Shown here: in pieces, positions 49,865 through 60,692 of the stretch | Position numbering within the stretch: the first letter of the stretch is position 1 | Layout of the letters: the number at the start of each line of letters is the position of its first letter | Assembly (NCBI GenBank): GCA_044239605.1 | Contig: JBIIBC010000003.1 | Location: 154,287-218,286, forward strand | Length of the DNA: 64,000 bases | Direction: 5' to 3' | Source of the DNA: Bacteroidia bacterium | GTDB lineage: Bacteria; Bacteroidota; Bacteroidia; UKL13-3 | Program-made: the position numbers and the translations under genes | Notes under the pieces: generated by a model | Told to the model about the DNA's origin: nothing | Database searches by the model: none | Seen by the model: only the letters and a program-made list of their open reading frames with translations

Positions 49865-52297
49865 ATGGAAAACGTAATTTACTTAGTTCCCGCCTTGGGA
49901 GTTATTGGCCTGATTGTAATGGCCATTAAAAGTGCTTGGGTAAACAAGCAAGATGCTGGTGACAAAAACATGCAAGAACTGGCAGGTTATATTGCCGATG
50001 GTGCAATGGCATTTTTAAAAGCCGAATGGAAAGTATTAAGTATTTTTGTAGTATTTGCTGCGGCTTTATTGGCTTATTCAGGTACAATTCACGAAGTTAA
50101 CGGAAAAGCAATCCACTCAAGCTGGATTATTTCTATTTCATTTATAATTGGTGCAGTATTTTCGGCAACTGCTGGATATATTGGTATGAAAGTAGCTACT
50201 AAAGCTAATGTTCGTACTACACAAGCTGCACGTACAAGTTTAAAACAAGCTTTAAAAGTTTCATTTACTGGTGGAACGGTTATGGGTCTAGGTGTAGCTG
50301 GTTTAGCCGTTTTAGGTTTAGGTGGCTTATTCATTGTTTTCTTACAAATTTTTGCTGACTTAGGCGAGAATACCGTTATAACTTCCATTGAAGTTTTAAC
50401 AGGTTTCTCATTAGGAGCTGAATCAATTGCTTTATTTGCTCGTGTTGGTGGTGGTATTTACACCAAAGCTGCCGATGTTGGAGCTGACTTAGTTGGAAAA
50501 GTAGAAGCTGGTATTCCAGAAGATGATGTTCGTAATCCTGCAACTATTGCCGATAACGTAGGTGATAACGTAGGTGACGTTGCTGGTATGGGTGCCGATT
50601 TATTTGGTTCATACGTAGCTACTATTTTAGCTACCATGGTTTTAGGACAAGAAATTAAAGTTACTGATAATTTTGGTGGTATGTCGCCTATTTTATTACC
50701 AATGGTAATTTGTGGTTTAGGAATTTTATTTTCAATTGTTGGAACTTGGTTTGTTACTATAAAAGATGATAAATCAAATGTACAAAACGCTTTAAATTTA
50801 GGTAACTGGTCATCTATGCTTTTAACAGTAGTGGCATCTTATTTTATAGTAGATTGGATGTTGCCAGAAACTTTAAACCTACGTGGATATGAGTTTTCTA
50901 AATTAAATGTATTTTTAGCTATAGTTGTTGGTACAGTAGTAGGTGCAATAATGAGTATTGTAACTGAATATTACACAGCAATGGGTAAAGGTCCAGTTTT
51001 ATCAATTATTCAACAATCTTCAACTGGTCACGCTACTAATATTATTGGTGGTTTATCAGTAGGTATGAAATCAACAGTTATTCCTATTTTAACTTTAGCT
51101 GCTGGTATTATGGGTTCATATTATTTTGCTGGTTTATACGGTGTAGCTATTGCCGCTGCTGGTATGATGGCAACTACTGCTATGCAATTAGCTATTGATG
51201 CTTTTGGACCAATTGCAGATAATGCAGGCGGTATTGCTGAAATGAGTCAATTACCTCCTGAAGTTCGTGAACGTACTGATAATTTAGATGCTGTAGGAAA
51301 TACAACAGCAGCTACAGGAAAAGGATTTGCAATTGCTTCGGCTGCCTTAACTTCGTTAGCATTATTTGCAGCGTTTGTTGGTATTGCTGGTATTGATGCA
51401 ATTGATATTTATAAAGCTAATGTATTAGCTGGTTTATTTGTAGGTGGAATGATTCCTTTTATTTTCTCGGCACTATGTATTCAAGCAGTTGGTAAAGCAG
51501 CTATGGATATGGTGCAAGAAGTTAGACGTCAGTTCCGCGAAATTCCAGGAATTATGGAATACAAAGCTAAACCTGAATACGAAAAATGTGTAGCTATTTC
51601 TACTCAAGCTTCTATCCGCGAAATGATGTTGCCAGGCGCTATTGCTTTAATTACACCAGTTATTGTTGGTTTTATTTTTGGACCAGAAGTATTAGGTGGA
51701 TTATTAGCAGGTGTTACTGTTAGTGGTGTATTAATGGGAATTTTCCAAAGCAACGCTGGTGGTGCTTGGGATAATGCTAAAAAATCATTCGAAAAAGGTG
51801 TAATGATTAATGGCGAAATGTTCTACAAAAAATCGGAGCCACACAAAGCTTCTGTAACTGGTGATACAGTAGGTGATCCATTTAAAGATACTTCAGGACC
51901 TTCTATGAATATCTTAATTAAATTAATGTCAATCGTTTCGTTGGTTATTGCTCCTTATATTGCTGTTCAAGGTGGCATGAAAGCTGATAAAGCTGGAATG
52001 GTAAATGGTGTAAAAACTGAATGCTGCGCTATGGATTCAGTAGATATGAACCATTGCGGTATGATGGGCAATTGCGATATGGAAAAATGCATGACCATGA
52101 CCAAAGAAGAATGTGCTGCTTATTGCGATAGCATGCAATGCTCACCTGAGCAAAAAGCTATGTGCCAAAGCATGTATGGTGCCGATGGTAAATTTGATAT
52201 GGCTAAATGCAAAGCAATGTGCAAAGAAGGCGCTGGTAAAGAAAAAAAAGCTTGCTGCGCTGAAGGCGAAGAACATGGACACGATAAAAATAATTAA
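49865..52297 (+). CDS. hppA: Membrane-integral cation-pumping pyrophosphatase, K+-dependent type, with Cys/Met-rich C-terminal tail
   Basis: [56 protein letters not shown]. Confidence 0.95.
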   Translation: MENVIYLVPALGVIGLIVMAIKSAWVNKQDAGDKNMQELAGYIADGAMAFLKAEWKVLSIFVVFAAALLAYSGTIHEVNGKAIHSSWIISISFIIGAVFSATAGYIGMKVATKANVRTTQAARTSLKQALKVSFTGGTVMGLGVAGLAVLGLGGLFIVFLQIFADLGENTVITSIEVLTGFSLGAESIALFARVGGGIYTKAADVGADLVGKVEAGIPEDDVRNPATIADNVGDNVGDVAGMGADLFGSYVATILATMVLGQEIKVTDNFGGMSPILLPMVICGLGILFSIVGTWFVTIKDDKSNVQNALNLGNWSSMLLTVVASYFIVDWMLPETLNLRGYEFSKLNVFLAIVVGTVVGAIMSIVTEYYTAMGKGPVLSIIQQSSTGHATNIIGGLSVGMKSTVIPILTLAAGIMGSYYFAGLYGVAIAAAGMMATTAMQLAIDAFGPIADNAGGIAEMSQLPPEVRERTDNLDAVGNTTAATGKGFAIASAALTSLALFAAFVGIAGIDAIDIYKANVLAGLFVGGMIPFIFSALCIQAVGKAAMDMVQEVRRQFREIPGIMEYKAKPEYEKCVAISTQASIREMMLPGAIALITPVIVGFIFGPEVLGGLLAGVTVSGVLMGIFQSNAGGAWDNAKKSFEKGVMINGEMFYKKSEPHKASVTGDTVGDPFKDTSGPSMNILIKLMSIVSLVIAPYIAVQGGMKADKAGMVNGVKTECCAMDSVDMNHCGMMGNCDMEKCMTMTKEECAAYCDSMQCSPEQKAMCQSMYGADGKFDMAKCKAMCKEGAGKEKKACCAEGEEHGHDKNN

Positions 52298-52309
52298 ACA
52301 TTATAAAAG

Positions 52310-52348
52310 TTTATAAAACAAAAAACACGCTCCCGGGCGTGTTTTTTT
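52310..52348 (+). terminator. Intrinsic terminator after hppA
   Basis: AAAAAACACGC-TCCCGG-GCGTGTTTTTTT. Confidence 0.85.
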
Positions 52349-52476
52349 ATGACATAAAATTGATTTAATTTGAATTTTATAAAATTGTAGGCAATAATAA
52401 TTTCAGGAAGAACCTAATTTCAGAATTAAGTGATGTTCAAGTACAAAAGCAGTTTGTTGTTTAGATAAAAAAGTAA

Positions 52477-53154
52477 ATGAAAAATTTTAGTATCATCTTA
52501 TTTATATTATTTGTTTCGTGCCAGCCAGGATTTAAGGATTGTATATTTTTAAAAAATGAAACAAGTGATACTATAGTCATTAGTTACTTTACAGTTGATG
52601 ACAGTTACACTGTACCATTTGATCAATTAACAACCGCTGATACAGTTGATAGCAAGTATACAGTTCATACAATGTTGAAAAAACCAGTGGCAAACACTAA
52701 TGTAAAATACATACTTTCTGATAATCATAAAGTAAGGATAATTTTACCACCTAATGATAGTGTGATGACCACTCAATACTATGGACCTTACCATGCTTCT
52801 CTAATACCTTTAATTGGTGAAACAAAAATTAGTGACAAGTTAGAGCAAAATTCATTTTCTGTACTTCCTTTATTTTCAAGTATAAGTCCATACCAAAGAG
52901 ATAAAATAATATTATCAATAACTGATACATTCTTTAATTACAATAGAAATTTAGATTCAATTATTATTTTTAATGAAGCTAATTTTTTTTCTAAAATAAA
53001 ATTACTTTCAAATGATACTGTTGTTTATACATCCATCTATAAAAATAGAAAACAAAATTATGGTACAATTGATAGCATAGTTTACTTTAAGCAACATAAG
53101 TTAAGACAAAGTTATTCTAAATTCATTTTAAATATAAATGATACCATAAAATAA
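52477..53154 (+). CDS. Orphan hypothetical lipoprotein
   Basis: MKNFSIILFILFVSC lipobox; 225 aa ORF. Confidence 0.65.
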   Translation: MKNFSIILFILFVSCQPGFKDCIFLKNETSDTIVISYFTVDDSYTVPFDQLTTADTVDSKYTVHTMLKKPVANTNVKYILSDNHKVRIILPPNDSVMTTQYYGPYHASLIPLIGETKISDKLEQNSFSVLPLFSSISPYQRDKIILSITDTFFNYNRNLDSIIIFNEANFFSKIKLLSNDTVVYTSIYKNRKQNYGTIDSIVYFKQHKLRQSYSKFILNINDTIK

Positions 53155-53368
53155 ATTTCCCTAGTCAGCGCATAGGAAAATACAGCAAAGCTTGTACACG
53201 TCCGAAAGTTTTCGGGCTTTGGCATGGACAAAAAAAAAAAATTATATTTGATTTATGAGTATAAAATATAATGAAAACAATACACACCAAATACGAGCGA
53301 TAGTTTTTTCTGCGCGCGCAAGTATTTGGGTAGAACACAGATAAGAAAAAAATAAGTAAAAATATCAA

Positions 53369-53411
53369 TTTATAAAACAAAAAAACACGCCCTAGAGCGT
53401 GTTTTTTGTTT
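53369..53411. terminator. Bidirectional terminator after recA
   Basis: AAAAAAACACGC-CCTAGA-GCGTGTTTTTTG. Confidence 0.85.
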
Positions 53412-53429
53412 AACATATTTTATTAATTA

Positions 53430-54452
53430 TTATTCCGCAGATGCTTTGATTTTGATTTCACCAGAGCTGGCTTTTTCAAATATTTTAGCTTCAATTTCGG
53501 CTGTTAATTCTGGATTATCGCCTAAAATTTGTTTTACCGAATCGCGGCCTTGGCCTAATTTGGTATCGTTATAACTGAACCATGAACCCGATTTTTTAAT
53601 AATTTCATATTCTACACCTAAGTCAATGGTTTCGCCTAAACGACTCACACCTTCACCATAAATAATATCGAACTCTACGGTACGGAAAGGAGGTGATAAT
53701 TTATTTTTAGCCACTTTAACACGTGTGCGGTTTCCAATAATTTCTACCCCTTCTTTTATTTGACCAATTCTGCGAATATCTAAACGAACTGATGCATAAA
53801 ATTTCAATGCATTACCACCCGTAGTAGTTTCAGGGTTTCCAAACATCACACCAATTTTTTCACGTAATTGGTTAATGAAAATACAAACACAACCAGTTTT
53901 GTTAATAGTACCAGTTAATTTACGCAAAGCTTGACTCATTAAACGAGCTTGTAAACCCATTTTGCTTTCGCCCATTTCGCCTTCAATTTCGGCTTTAGGA
54001 ACCAATGCTGCTACCGAGTCAATTACAATAATATCAATTGCTCCTGAGCGAATTAAAGCATCGGCAATTTCTAAAGCTTGCTCTCCATCATCAGGTTGGC
54101 TAATAATTAAATTATCTACATCAATCCCTAATTTCTCGGCATAAGTTCTGTCAAAAGCATGTTCAGCATCCACAAATGCAGCAATTCCACCTTTTTTTTG
54201 TGCTTCGGCAATGGCATGTAAACTTAAAGTAGTTTTACCTGAACTTTCAGGACCATAAATTTCAATAATTCTACCTACAGGCAATCCACCAATTCCTAAG
54301 GCAATATCTAAGCTTAATGAACCAGTAGAAATAACTTGTGTTTCAACTACCAATTTATCGCTCATGCGCATTACAGTCCCTTTACCATATTGCTTATCTA
54401 ATTTATCTATAGTAAGCTGTAGGGCTTTCAATTTTTCTTTGTTATCACTCAT
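53430..54452 (-). CDS. recA: Recombinase RecA
   Basis: [41 protein letters not shown]. Confidence 0.99.
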   Translation of the reverse strand: MSDNKEKLKALQLTIDKLDKQYGKGTVMRMSDKLVVETQVISTGSLSLDIALGIGGLPVGRIIEIYGPESSGKTTLSLHAIAEAQKKGGIAAFVDAEHAFDRTYAEKLGIDVDNLIISQPDDGEQALEIADALIRSGAIDIIVIDSVAALVPKAEIEGEMGESKMGLQARLMSQALRKLTGTINKTGCVCIFINQLREKIGVMFGNPETTTGGNALKFYASVRLDIRRIGQIKEGVEIIGNRTRVKVAKNKLSPPFRTVEFDIIYGEGVSRLGETIDLGVEYEIIKKSGSWFSYNDTKLGQGRDSVKQILGDNPELTAEIEAKIFEKASSGEIKIKASAE

Positions 54453-54471
54453 ATTATTCTGCTATTTTTTT

Positions 54472-54479
54472 CAAAAGTA
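54472..54479 (-). promoter_or_regulatory. -7 promoter box for recA
   Basis: TACTTTTG on the minus strand, about 20 nt upstream of the ATG. Confidence 0.55.
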
Positions 54480-54551
54480 AGTTTGCAAATCAATCTGCTA
54501 TTATTTATTTATAAACAATTTATAACAGTTTGGTTTTATTATTTATAAAAT

Positions 54552-55811
54552 TTATGGTCGTCCTGAACTAAAAATTGTTGATCCAATTAATTCATCATAA
54601 TTGAACTGTAAATTATGGTTATAAACTAAAATTAAGTACTCATTTTCAGTATTTGAATGACTTCCTTCAAATGTACTTTCATCGGGTTTTTGCGATTCAT
54701 TATTTAAAAGAGAATACATGTATTCATATCTTCCTTGTTTCAATGGAACTTCTAAATCATATCGCTCACGGTTGGCATTATAAGTCATTTTATATTCAGG
54801 TTTTTGTTTCCAATCGGTAAACTCCCCAATTACATATACATCGGTATTGGCAGGAATATTAGCTAACGCACTTAACTGAAATTGAATCAATGCATAATCG
54901 CCATCTATATCTGTGTTATTTCCTTCTTTATTAAAAACTATACGCTTCCCATTATAATCTATGTATTGAAAATATTGTTTACTGCCTCTTGGTTCATCTG
55001 TGTTTAATAAACAGTGATACAAAGAGTCGAGGTATTTGGTGCGAACATTTAAACTAAATTGACGTAAATTCCTGATATCAAAAAACCTAAATTCATTACC
55101 TCCACTAAAAAGTGTTTTATCAAAATAATTATAGTCTAATTTTCCATTACTGGCAAATTGAGGATTAATATCTCGTAATGCATTATCCCATCTGTTATTT
55201 TGGAGAATAACAACTTTGATATCTTGCAATGGATTTGGAATTAAAGTGGCATTGTAATCAATCGTAAAATTAAGTTCTTGTTTGGTAAAGCGGTATTCTG
55301 CAAGCGATGCAGGCCTGGCTGAGGCAGCAATTTTTGTTTGATTATTTAATACCATGAACCTACGGGTAAGTACCAAATCGGTTTCATCAAAATTGCGATA
55401 CACCTTTACAATATAATTTCCGGCAATAGTCGGTTTCATATTATCATTAGGCAATAACAAATTATAATGTACATACTTTACATAGGTATTTGTACTAAAC
55501 TTAAAGTCATTGATATTGTCGAAACTCATACCCTTTAGGTATAAACTTTGTTGCATGTTGGTGGGCTGCCAAGCTTGATCGCAATGAATAAGAGTATATT
55601 GAAAATACTCATTATTACCCCCAATTATATCAAAACTCAACTTTAATTGCTGCCCTCCATTTAATGATATAATTGGGTATCTATCATCTGTTCCATCAAT
55701 CATTAATTGAACAGTTTGAACCTTTTTATCATATATCACATTATCGAGTGGAGTTTGTCCGAAAATTGGAATACAGCTAAAAAATAAGATTATAAAAACA
55801 AGTAGTTTCAT
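54552..55811 (-). CDS. DUF5103 protein (T9SS plug protein family)
   Basis: LKLSFD, YTLIHCD..W, SGGNEFR.FD, DGDY..I.F, LKQG.YEY.Y, FEGSH.NTEN.Y. Confidence 0.8.
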   Translation of the reverse strand: MKLLVFIILFFSCIPIFGQTPLDNVIYDKKVQTVQLMIDGTDDRYPIISLNGGQQLKLSFDIIGGNNEYFQYTLIHCDQAWQPTNMQQSLYLKGMSFDNINDFKFSTNTYVKYVHYNLLLPNDNMKPTIAGNYIVKVYRNFDETDLVLTRRFMVLNNQTKIAASARPASLAEYRFTKQELNFTIDYNATLIPNPLQDIKVVILQNNRWDNALRDINPQFASNGKLDYNYFDKTLFSGGNEFRFFDIRNLRQFSLNVRTKYLDSLYHCLLNTDEPRGSKQYFQYIDYNGKRIVFNKEGNNTDIDGDYALIQFQLSALANIPANTDVYVIGEFTDWKQKPEYKMTYNANRERYDLEVPLKQGRYEYMYSLLNNESQKPDESTFEGSHSNTENEYLILVYNHNLQFNYDELIGSTIFSSGRP

Positions 55812-55928
55812 TATTTCAAATAAACGAAAAATAAATCATTTAGCCCATTTTTTAAAGTATTTATTAAACTATAAAAATAAAATTGATTGAATTATTGTTT
55901 TTGTAAAATTACGTACCTAAAATTGAAA

Positions 55929-57308
55929 ATGATATTAGTTAGAGCTACGCAAAAACTGTTAAATACCCAAAGACTAAAACCTCAAACTGTTGATTTATCG
56001 GCTATCACATTACCCATTTTAGGTACTTGGTACGCCAATACTGTTACGAGTTCATTTAAAGGAAAAAGTTTAGTTATATATGTTCATGAACCAAGTTTAG
56101 TTACCGTAGTTACTGTAGGAAAAACCATAAAAAAAACCTTCCCTAACTTTATTACTAGCTTAGAAAAACTATTGAAAAGATTTTCATTTCCAACTGTTTT
56201 TATAAACGAACAAATGGCCTATTTTAAAGAAAATGCTATCACTAAAACTGATAGTAGAAAAATGCTGGGTTACATGAATAGCATTACTGATTCATTAATT
56301 GGCAGGATGTATACCTATCAAAATTTTGAGGAAATTGATTTAGAAGAAGAAGAAAATATTTTAATGAACCTACTTCATGGAAGCACGCCAAATAATTATT
56401 TCAGACCTATACATTATTGGGAAAATTATTTAAAAGGTGAGGACCCATTTAAACAAAGTTTAGATTCAGAGAATGAACTCATACAATTAATTCCTGATGT
56501 AAATAAATTAAGCCGTTCAGAGGATTTACACATGGAAAATCAACTCATGAAATTGCAATTAGAAAATATTTTGGGTGGACAGATTATGAACGGAGGTAAT
56601 GATGGAATTCCAGCTGAAATTGAAAATTTGTTTTTGAAAAATATTATTGAATTTGAAAAACAAGTAACTACATCAACTAAAGTTACCGTGAATGATTTGC
56701 TCAAAAATCCAAAGTTTAAAGCAGCAGATTCCTTAAACGAAAAACAATTAAAAAGTGAGTTGAAAAAAATAAATTTATTGCTCAACAAAAAATTTATTCA
56801 ACTTGATTTCTTAGACAATTACAGTGATTTAGTAAAATATAAATTTATCACGGAGGAGTTAATCAACCAAGAAACACAAACTTTAAATATTCCAGGTATG
56901 ATTACTCATTTTATTTATGAAGAGTTTCACCCAAACCATGAGTTTGATGTTAAGAATAAAATCAAACATTTTATTTATACTATGTTGGATGAGGAAGAGT
57001 TGGATTCTTCTAATTTTAAATACACTTGTAGCAATGAAATTTTGCTTAATAAACAATCAATCTCCTTAAAAGAATTAGAAGAAAAAGTTAAATTTTTTCA
57101 CCTCATTCATAATGCCGAAGAGGTAATGGATTACAGGAAAAAAGAACTCCTTTTTAATAAAAACAATACCAAGGCAAAAGTATTTGGTACACTTGAATTT
57201 AAGAAGCCTGGTACAAAAACTAAAACCAAATACGATATGAATTTTGAACTAAAAAATAACGAAAGTTTATGGGAAATTATTTCCATAGATTTTGAATTAT
57301 TAAATTAG
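55929..57308 (+). CDS. DUF6933-like N-terminal domain fused to a conserved Bacteroidota hypothetical domain
   Basis: RATQKLL...LGTWYAN...KTDSRKMLGYMN, then ENQLMKLQL...IENLFLKNIIEFE...FIYEEFHPNHE. Confidence 0.65.
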   Translation: MILVRATQKLLNTQRLKPQTVDLSAITLPILGTWYANTVTSSFKGKSLVIYVHEPSLVTVVTVGKTIKKTFPNFITSLEKLLKRFSFPTVFINEQMAYFKENAITKTDSRKMLGYMNSITDSLIGRMYTYQNFEEIDLEEEENILMNLLHGSTPNNYFRPIHYWENYLKGEDPFKQSLDSENELIQLIPDVNKLSRSEDLHMENQLMKLQLENILGGQIMNGGNDGIPAEIENLFLKNIIEFEKQVTTSTKVTVNDLLKNPKFKAADSLNEKQLKSELKKINLLLNKKFIQLDFLDNYSDLVKYKFITEELINQETQTLNIPGMITHFIYEEFHPNHEFDVKNKIKHFIYTMLDEEELDSSNFKYTCSNEILLNKQSISLKELEEKVKFFHLIHNAEEVMDYRKKELLFNKNNTKAKVFGTLEFKKPGTKTKTKYDMNFELKNNESLWEIISIDFELLN

Positions 57309-57330
57309 TTTAACTCATAGCATAAATCAC

Positions 57331-59502
57331 TTATTTCCACCCTCCTATCTTCGCAATTTTTTGCTGAATAATTTGATTATTAGCAAGGGTAATTTTTAAC
57401 ACATAAATACCTAAGGGCAAGTATGATAAATTCAGTGTTTTGCTTATGTTATTTTGATGGTAAACCAATTGACCTGCCATATTCGTTATTTCAAGTGTTA
57501 AAGGCTCTTCGGCCATTTCAAGATTTAGTTGATTGGTAAAAGGATTTGGATAAACCAATACATGAGGTTTTTCAATTGATTTTATACTCGTAGCATAAGC
57601 CAATTTAAATGCTTCATATACATTTATTTTACCCCAACCCCAATTATTAGTTGGCACCGCGCCTGTTTTAGCATCTACCCTAGCTGAGTTTTTAAGCATA
57701 GCTAATGCTTTAGCAGGTGTTAACATTCTATCGGCTTGCAGCATTAAAGCAACAGCTCCTGCAACACATGGTGCGGCAAACGAAGTTCCTGCCGACATTA
57801 CCCAATCATACCTAGTTCCATTATAAAAAACCGTATCGGTTATGTCGGTTATATCAAGTGGCGTAAAACTACTAATAGGCCCTCCCACAAAATAACCTGG
57901 AGCAGTAATATCCGGTTTTATTCTATTATCTGTACTTGGCCCGCGGCTTGAAAAACCAGTAATGGTATCTTTTTGCGAAATAGGATCAATGCTTTTGGTT
58001 CCGCCCCAAAAGTTTGTCCAATTAACGTTTGAATTATACGAACCAACTGCAATACTTGCTTTGCTATTAGAACCTGATTCGCCAATGGTGTATTGGTTAT
58101 TTCCCATTATGTAATTGGCTTTTATTGGCTGGTTTACCAAATTAGCTAAAAACTGCGGATAACCTTTGCTCCATTCGTAACCGCAGTTCCAAGCATGTAA
58201 AACCGTATTAGCCGATGTAAATGCAAACGAAACATAGTATTTATTGCAATTGGTATTTTCATAAATAATAAAAATTTCAGGCTTATTGTTATTTACATTT
58301 TCAGCAGTTGAAGTAATAGTATAAGTTAAAGTATCATTGCCAAAATACAAGTAATTACTTTCGTTTACATTGCCAGAGGCACTATAAAAAACACTTTGTG
58401 CTACTTGGTTTTGCAAAGTATCAAGCACCCTCATTTGAATATCAAAATCAGTATTTTCAGCACCCCAAAAGTTTACGGTATTGGTTTCTTTAGGTTTAGG
58501 TTTTCGGGTAAAATTACTAATGGTATAAAAAGTATCGTTTTGTAAATTTTGTTGCAAATGCAATAATTGTTTGCCTTCGTTACCTGCGGCATTTACCAAT
58601 ATTTTACCTGCACCTGTTAAGTTTTCTATTGCTTTATCAAGCAATGTAGTTCCATCGTGAGGACCAGCATGATGGCCCCAACTGATATTAATTACAGCAG
58701 GTTTATTTTGCGAAGCAGCATATTTAAAAATATAATCAATGGCATCAACAAAGGCCGGGCCAGCAGTATTTTTATCGTCTAAAAAAGTTTCGGTTCCATA
58801 ATTTAAAGCTACCAAAACTAAATCGGCATTAGGCGCCATGCCCCTATTGGCATTTCCTTTACCATAAATCCCAGCGCCAGCAGCTATACCTGCTACCATG
58901 GTTCCATGTCCATCGGTTGGCCTATCGGTTTGCGCTGTTTTATAATCAGCTACGGTAGTTAATTCGTTTCCATAATTATACCCAGTAGGCGCTTTTCCAG
59001 TTTTATTTTGTTCCCAAACACGTTTAATTCGGCAATTGCCATTGGCATCAAAAAAGGCAGGATTATTATAATCAAAACCAATATCAATAGCGCCAACTAT
59101 TATTCCATCGCCTTTATAAGCCATTGGTAAATCAATACCTTGATGCACCAAGTTGGTTTTGGTGGCTATCCAATCAGTATCTTGCATTAATGGCATGGCC
59201 GAAAACGATGCTTCTACATATTGCAAACCTTGTAAATCATTTAGCTTTTCTATTGCATAAATAGGAGCTGTTATACTCCAAATATTACCTGCTTTGGTTT
59301 GAACTGTAATGCCTAAATTGGTTAACAACGATTGGTTAAAACTTTTATCAACTTGTATAAGCGCACGCATGTTAATTGCATCTTTAGCTAACGATTTATT
59401 TTTAGCTAAATAAATACGTGTTAAAGGCGAAAGTTTGTTTTGCTGCGCAATGGTATTACTTAGTAAAACTATGCTAATAACAATGGTTAAAAATGATTTC
59501 AT
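57331..59502 (-). CDS. S8 subtilase with T9SS type A CTD
   Basis: Catalytic motifs GAIDIG, HGTMVAGIA and GTSFAAP; AAGNEG; C-terminal VYPNPF...GIYVLKI. Confidence 0.92.
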   Translation of the reverse strand: MKSFLTIVISIVLLSNTIAQQNKLSPLTRIYLAKNKSLAKDAINMRALIQVDKSFNQSLLTNLGITVQTKAGNIWSITAPIYAIEKLNDLQGLQYVEASFSAMPLMQDTDWIATKTNLVHQGIDLPMAYKGDGIIVGAIDIGFDYNNPAFFDANGNCRIKRVWEQNKTGKAPTGYNYGNELTTVADYKTAQTDRPTDGHGTMVAGIAAGAGIYGKGNANRGMAPNADLVLVALNYGTETFLDDKNTAGPAFVDAIDYIFKYAASQNKPAVINISWGHHAGPHDGTTLLDKAIENLTGAGKILVNAAGNEGKQLLHLQQNLQNDTFYTISNFTRKPKPKETNTVNFWGAENTDFDIQMRVLDTLQNQVAQSVFYSASGNVNESNYLYFGNDTLTYTITSTAENVNNNKPEIFIIYENTNCNKYYVSFAFTSANTVLHAWNCGYEWSKGYPQFLANLVNQPIKANYIMGNNQYTIGESGSNSKASIAVGSYNSNVNWTNFWGGTKSIDPISQKDTITGFSSRGPSTDNRIKPDITAPGYFVGGPISSFTPLDITDITDTVFYNGTRYDWVMSAGTSFAAPCVAGAVALMLQADRMLTPAKALAMLKNSARVDAKTGAVPTNNWGWGKINVYEAFKLAYATSIKSIEKPHVLVYPNPFTNQLNLEMAEEPLTLEITNMAGQLVYHQNNISKTLNLSYLPLGIYVLKITLANNQIIQQKIAKIGGWK

Positions 59503-59506
59503 TTGT

Positions 59507-60475
59507 TTATCCAATAATGGCTTTAATAATAAAAAATAAATTGAGTACCATATAACTGATTAGTACAATACGTGCTGCTTTTTTATCTAATTTATTGGCT
59601 CTTTTCAAATGGTTATTTTTAGCCAAGGTTAGAGAGTATACACTTAAAATAATGGTAACTAAAATACCAATAAAAGTTAAAGCGTGCAATGAATCGACCA
59701 AGGTAAAAGTGGAGGTTTCGGGCAAAATAGAATCGATAATATATTTATTACCAACCGCTGCAAATAAAGAGCCTACGCTTAAACCAAAACGTGATTCAAT
59801 ACTATCGGCATGAATAAAAAAACACATGTATGAAATGAAAAACGAAACATACATACATAAAAACAGTTTGAAAAATAAACCCCAAGCACTGCGTTCAATA
59901 AATATTTTCACATTAAAAGAGGCATAACTGGAGCGAGGTTCTTTTAATGAAATATCGCCAAAAGTACTTTCGTAAGTTTGCAAGCCTGTTACCACATCAA
60001 TTTTGCTTATATTCCAACCTGCAATGGTAAGTTCCGGGTCAAAGTGTTTACCAACAGTATCGGCTACAAAAACCAAACTACGCGAATCGAATTGTGAGTT
60101 TTCAATATGTACTTCCAATTGCTGTTTATCGAAAGGGTAATTATGCACACGCCACGATTCTTTCATTACGCATTTCATTTTCATGAGGGTAAATATTTCG
60201 CCATTGCTGGTATCGCTGTAATTATCGGTATTTTCAATTGATTTGGCATTGGGCACTTCTACATTTTTAGCAAAATCGTATTCTGTTTTTTTACACCTAA
60301 ACCATAACCAAAACCTAACAGTATATTCCTTTTGTCTGAAATCAATATCGTGTAAACTAATAAAATAAACACCCACCTTTACTGTATCAGGAACAACAGG
60401 TTCGGTATATGCTTTTACCTTGTTATTAAAAGCAAAAAGGAATATTACAAATAAGAAAACAACTTGTTTTTTCAT
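59507..60475 (-). CDS. Prokaryotic pentameric ligand-gated ion channel homolog
   Basis: Signal peptide; V.VGVYF..L.DID, FWLWF, loop-7 NYPFDKQ.L, pre-M1 R, four TM helices with M2 RFGLSVGSLFAAV and LP...FTLVD. Confidence 0.8.
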   Translation of the reverse strand: MKKQVVFLFVIFLFAFNNKVKAYTEPVVPDTVKVGVYFISLHDIDFRQKEYTVRFWLWFRCKKTEYDFAKNVEVPNAKSIENTDNYSDTSNGEIFTLMKMKCVMKESWRVHNYPFDKQQLEVHIENSQFDSRSLVFVADTVGKHFDPELTIAGWNISKIDVVTGLQTYESTFGDISLKEPRSSYASFNVKIFIERSAWGLFFKLFLCMYVSFFISYMCFFIHADSIESRFGLSVGSLFAAVGNKYIIDSILPETSTFTLVDSLHALTFIGILVTIILSVYSLTLAKNNHLKRANKLDKKAARIVLISYMVLNLFFIIKAIIG

Positions 60476-60629
60476 GAGGTGAAAGTAATATAATCTTAAC
60501 CAACTAAAAAAACTTTCTGCACTTGCTAGTGTGAGTTTAACTAGCGTCCCTCAATTTTATTTTACGCTAAATGATTAGCCGGAGGCTTATTGATATATTC
60601 ACTCGCAAGATACGAGCGAATGCGGTGAT

Positions 60630-60659
60630 AAAAAAAAGGTTGACCTAAGCCAACCTTTT
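60630..60659 (-). terminator. Intrinsic terminator after pntB
   Basis: AAAAAAAAGGTTG-ACCTAAGC-CAACCTTTT. Confidence 0.75.
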
Positions 60660-60692
60660 CGTATAAATAGTATTCAAATTTTTCACGATTCC

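Noticed and set aside
53165-53416. 83-aa minus-strand ORF
   Set aside because: It starts within the recA terminator, crosses a poly-A run and has no recognisable motif; likely spurious.
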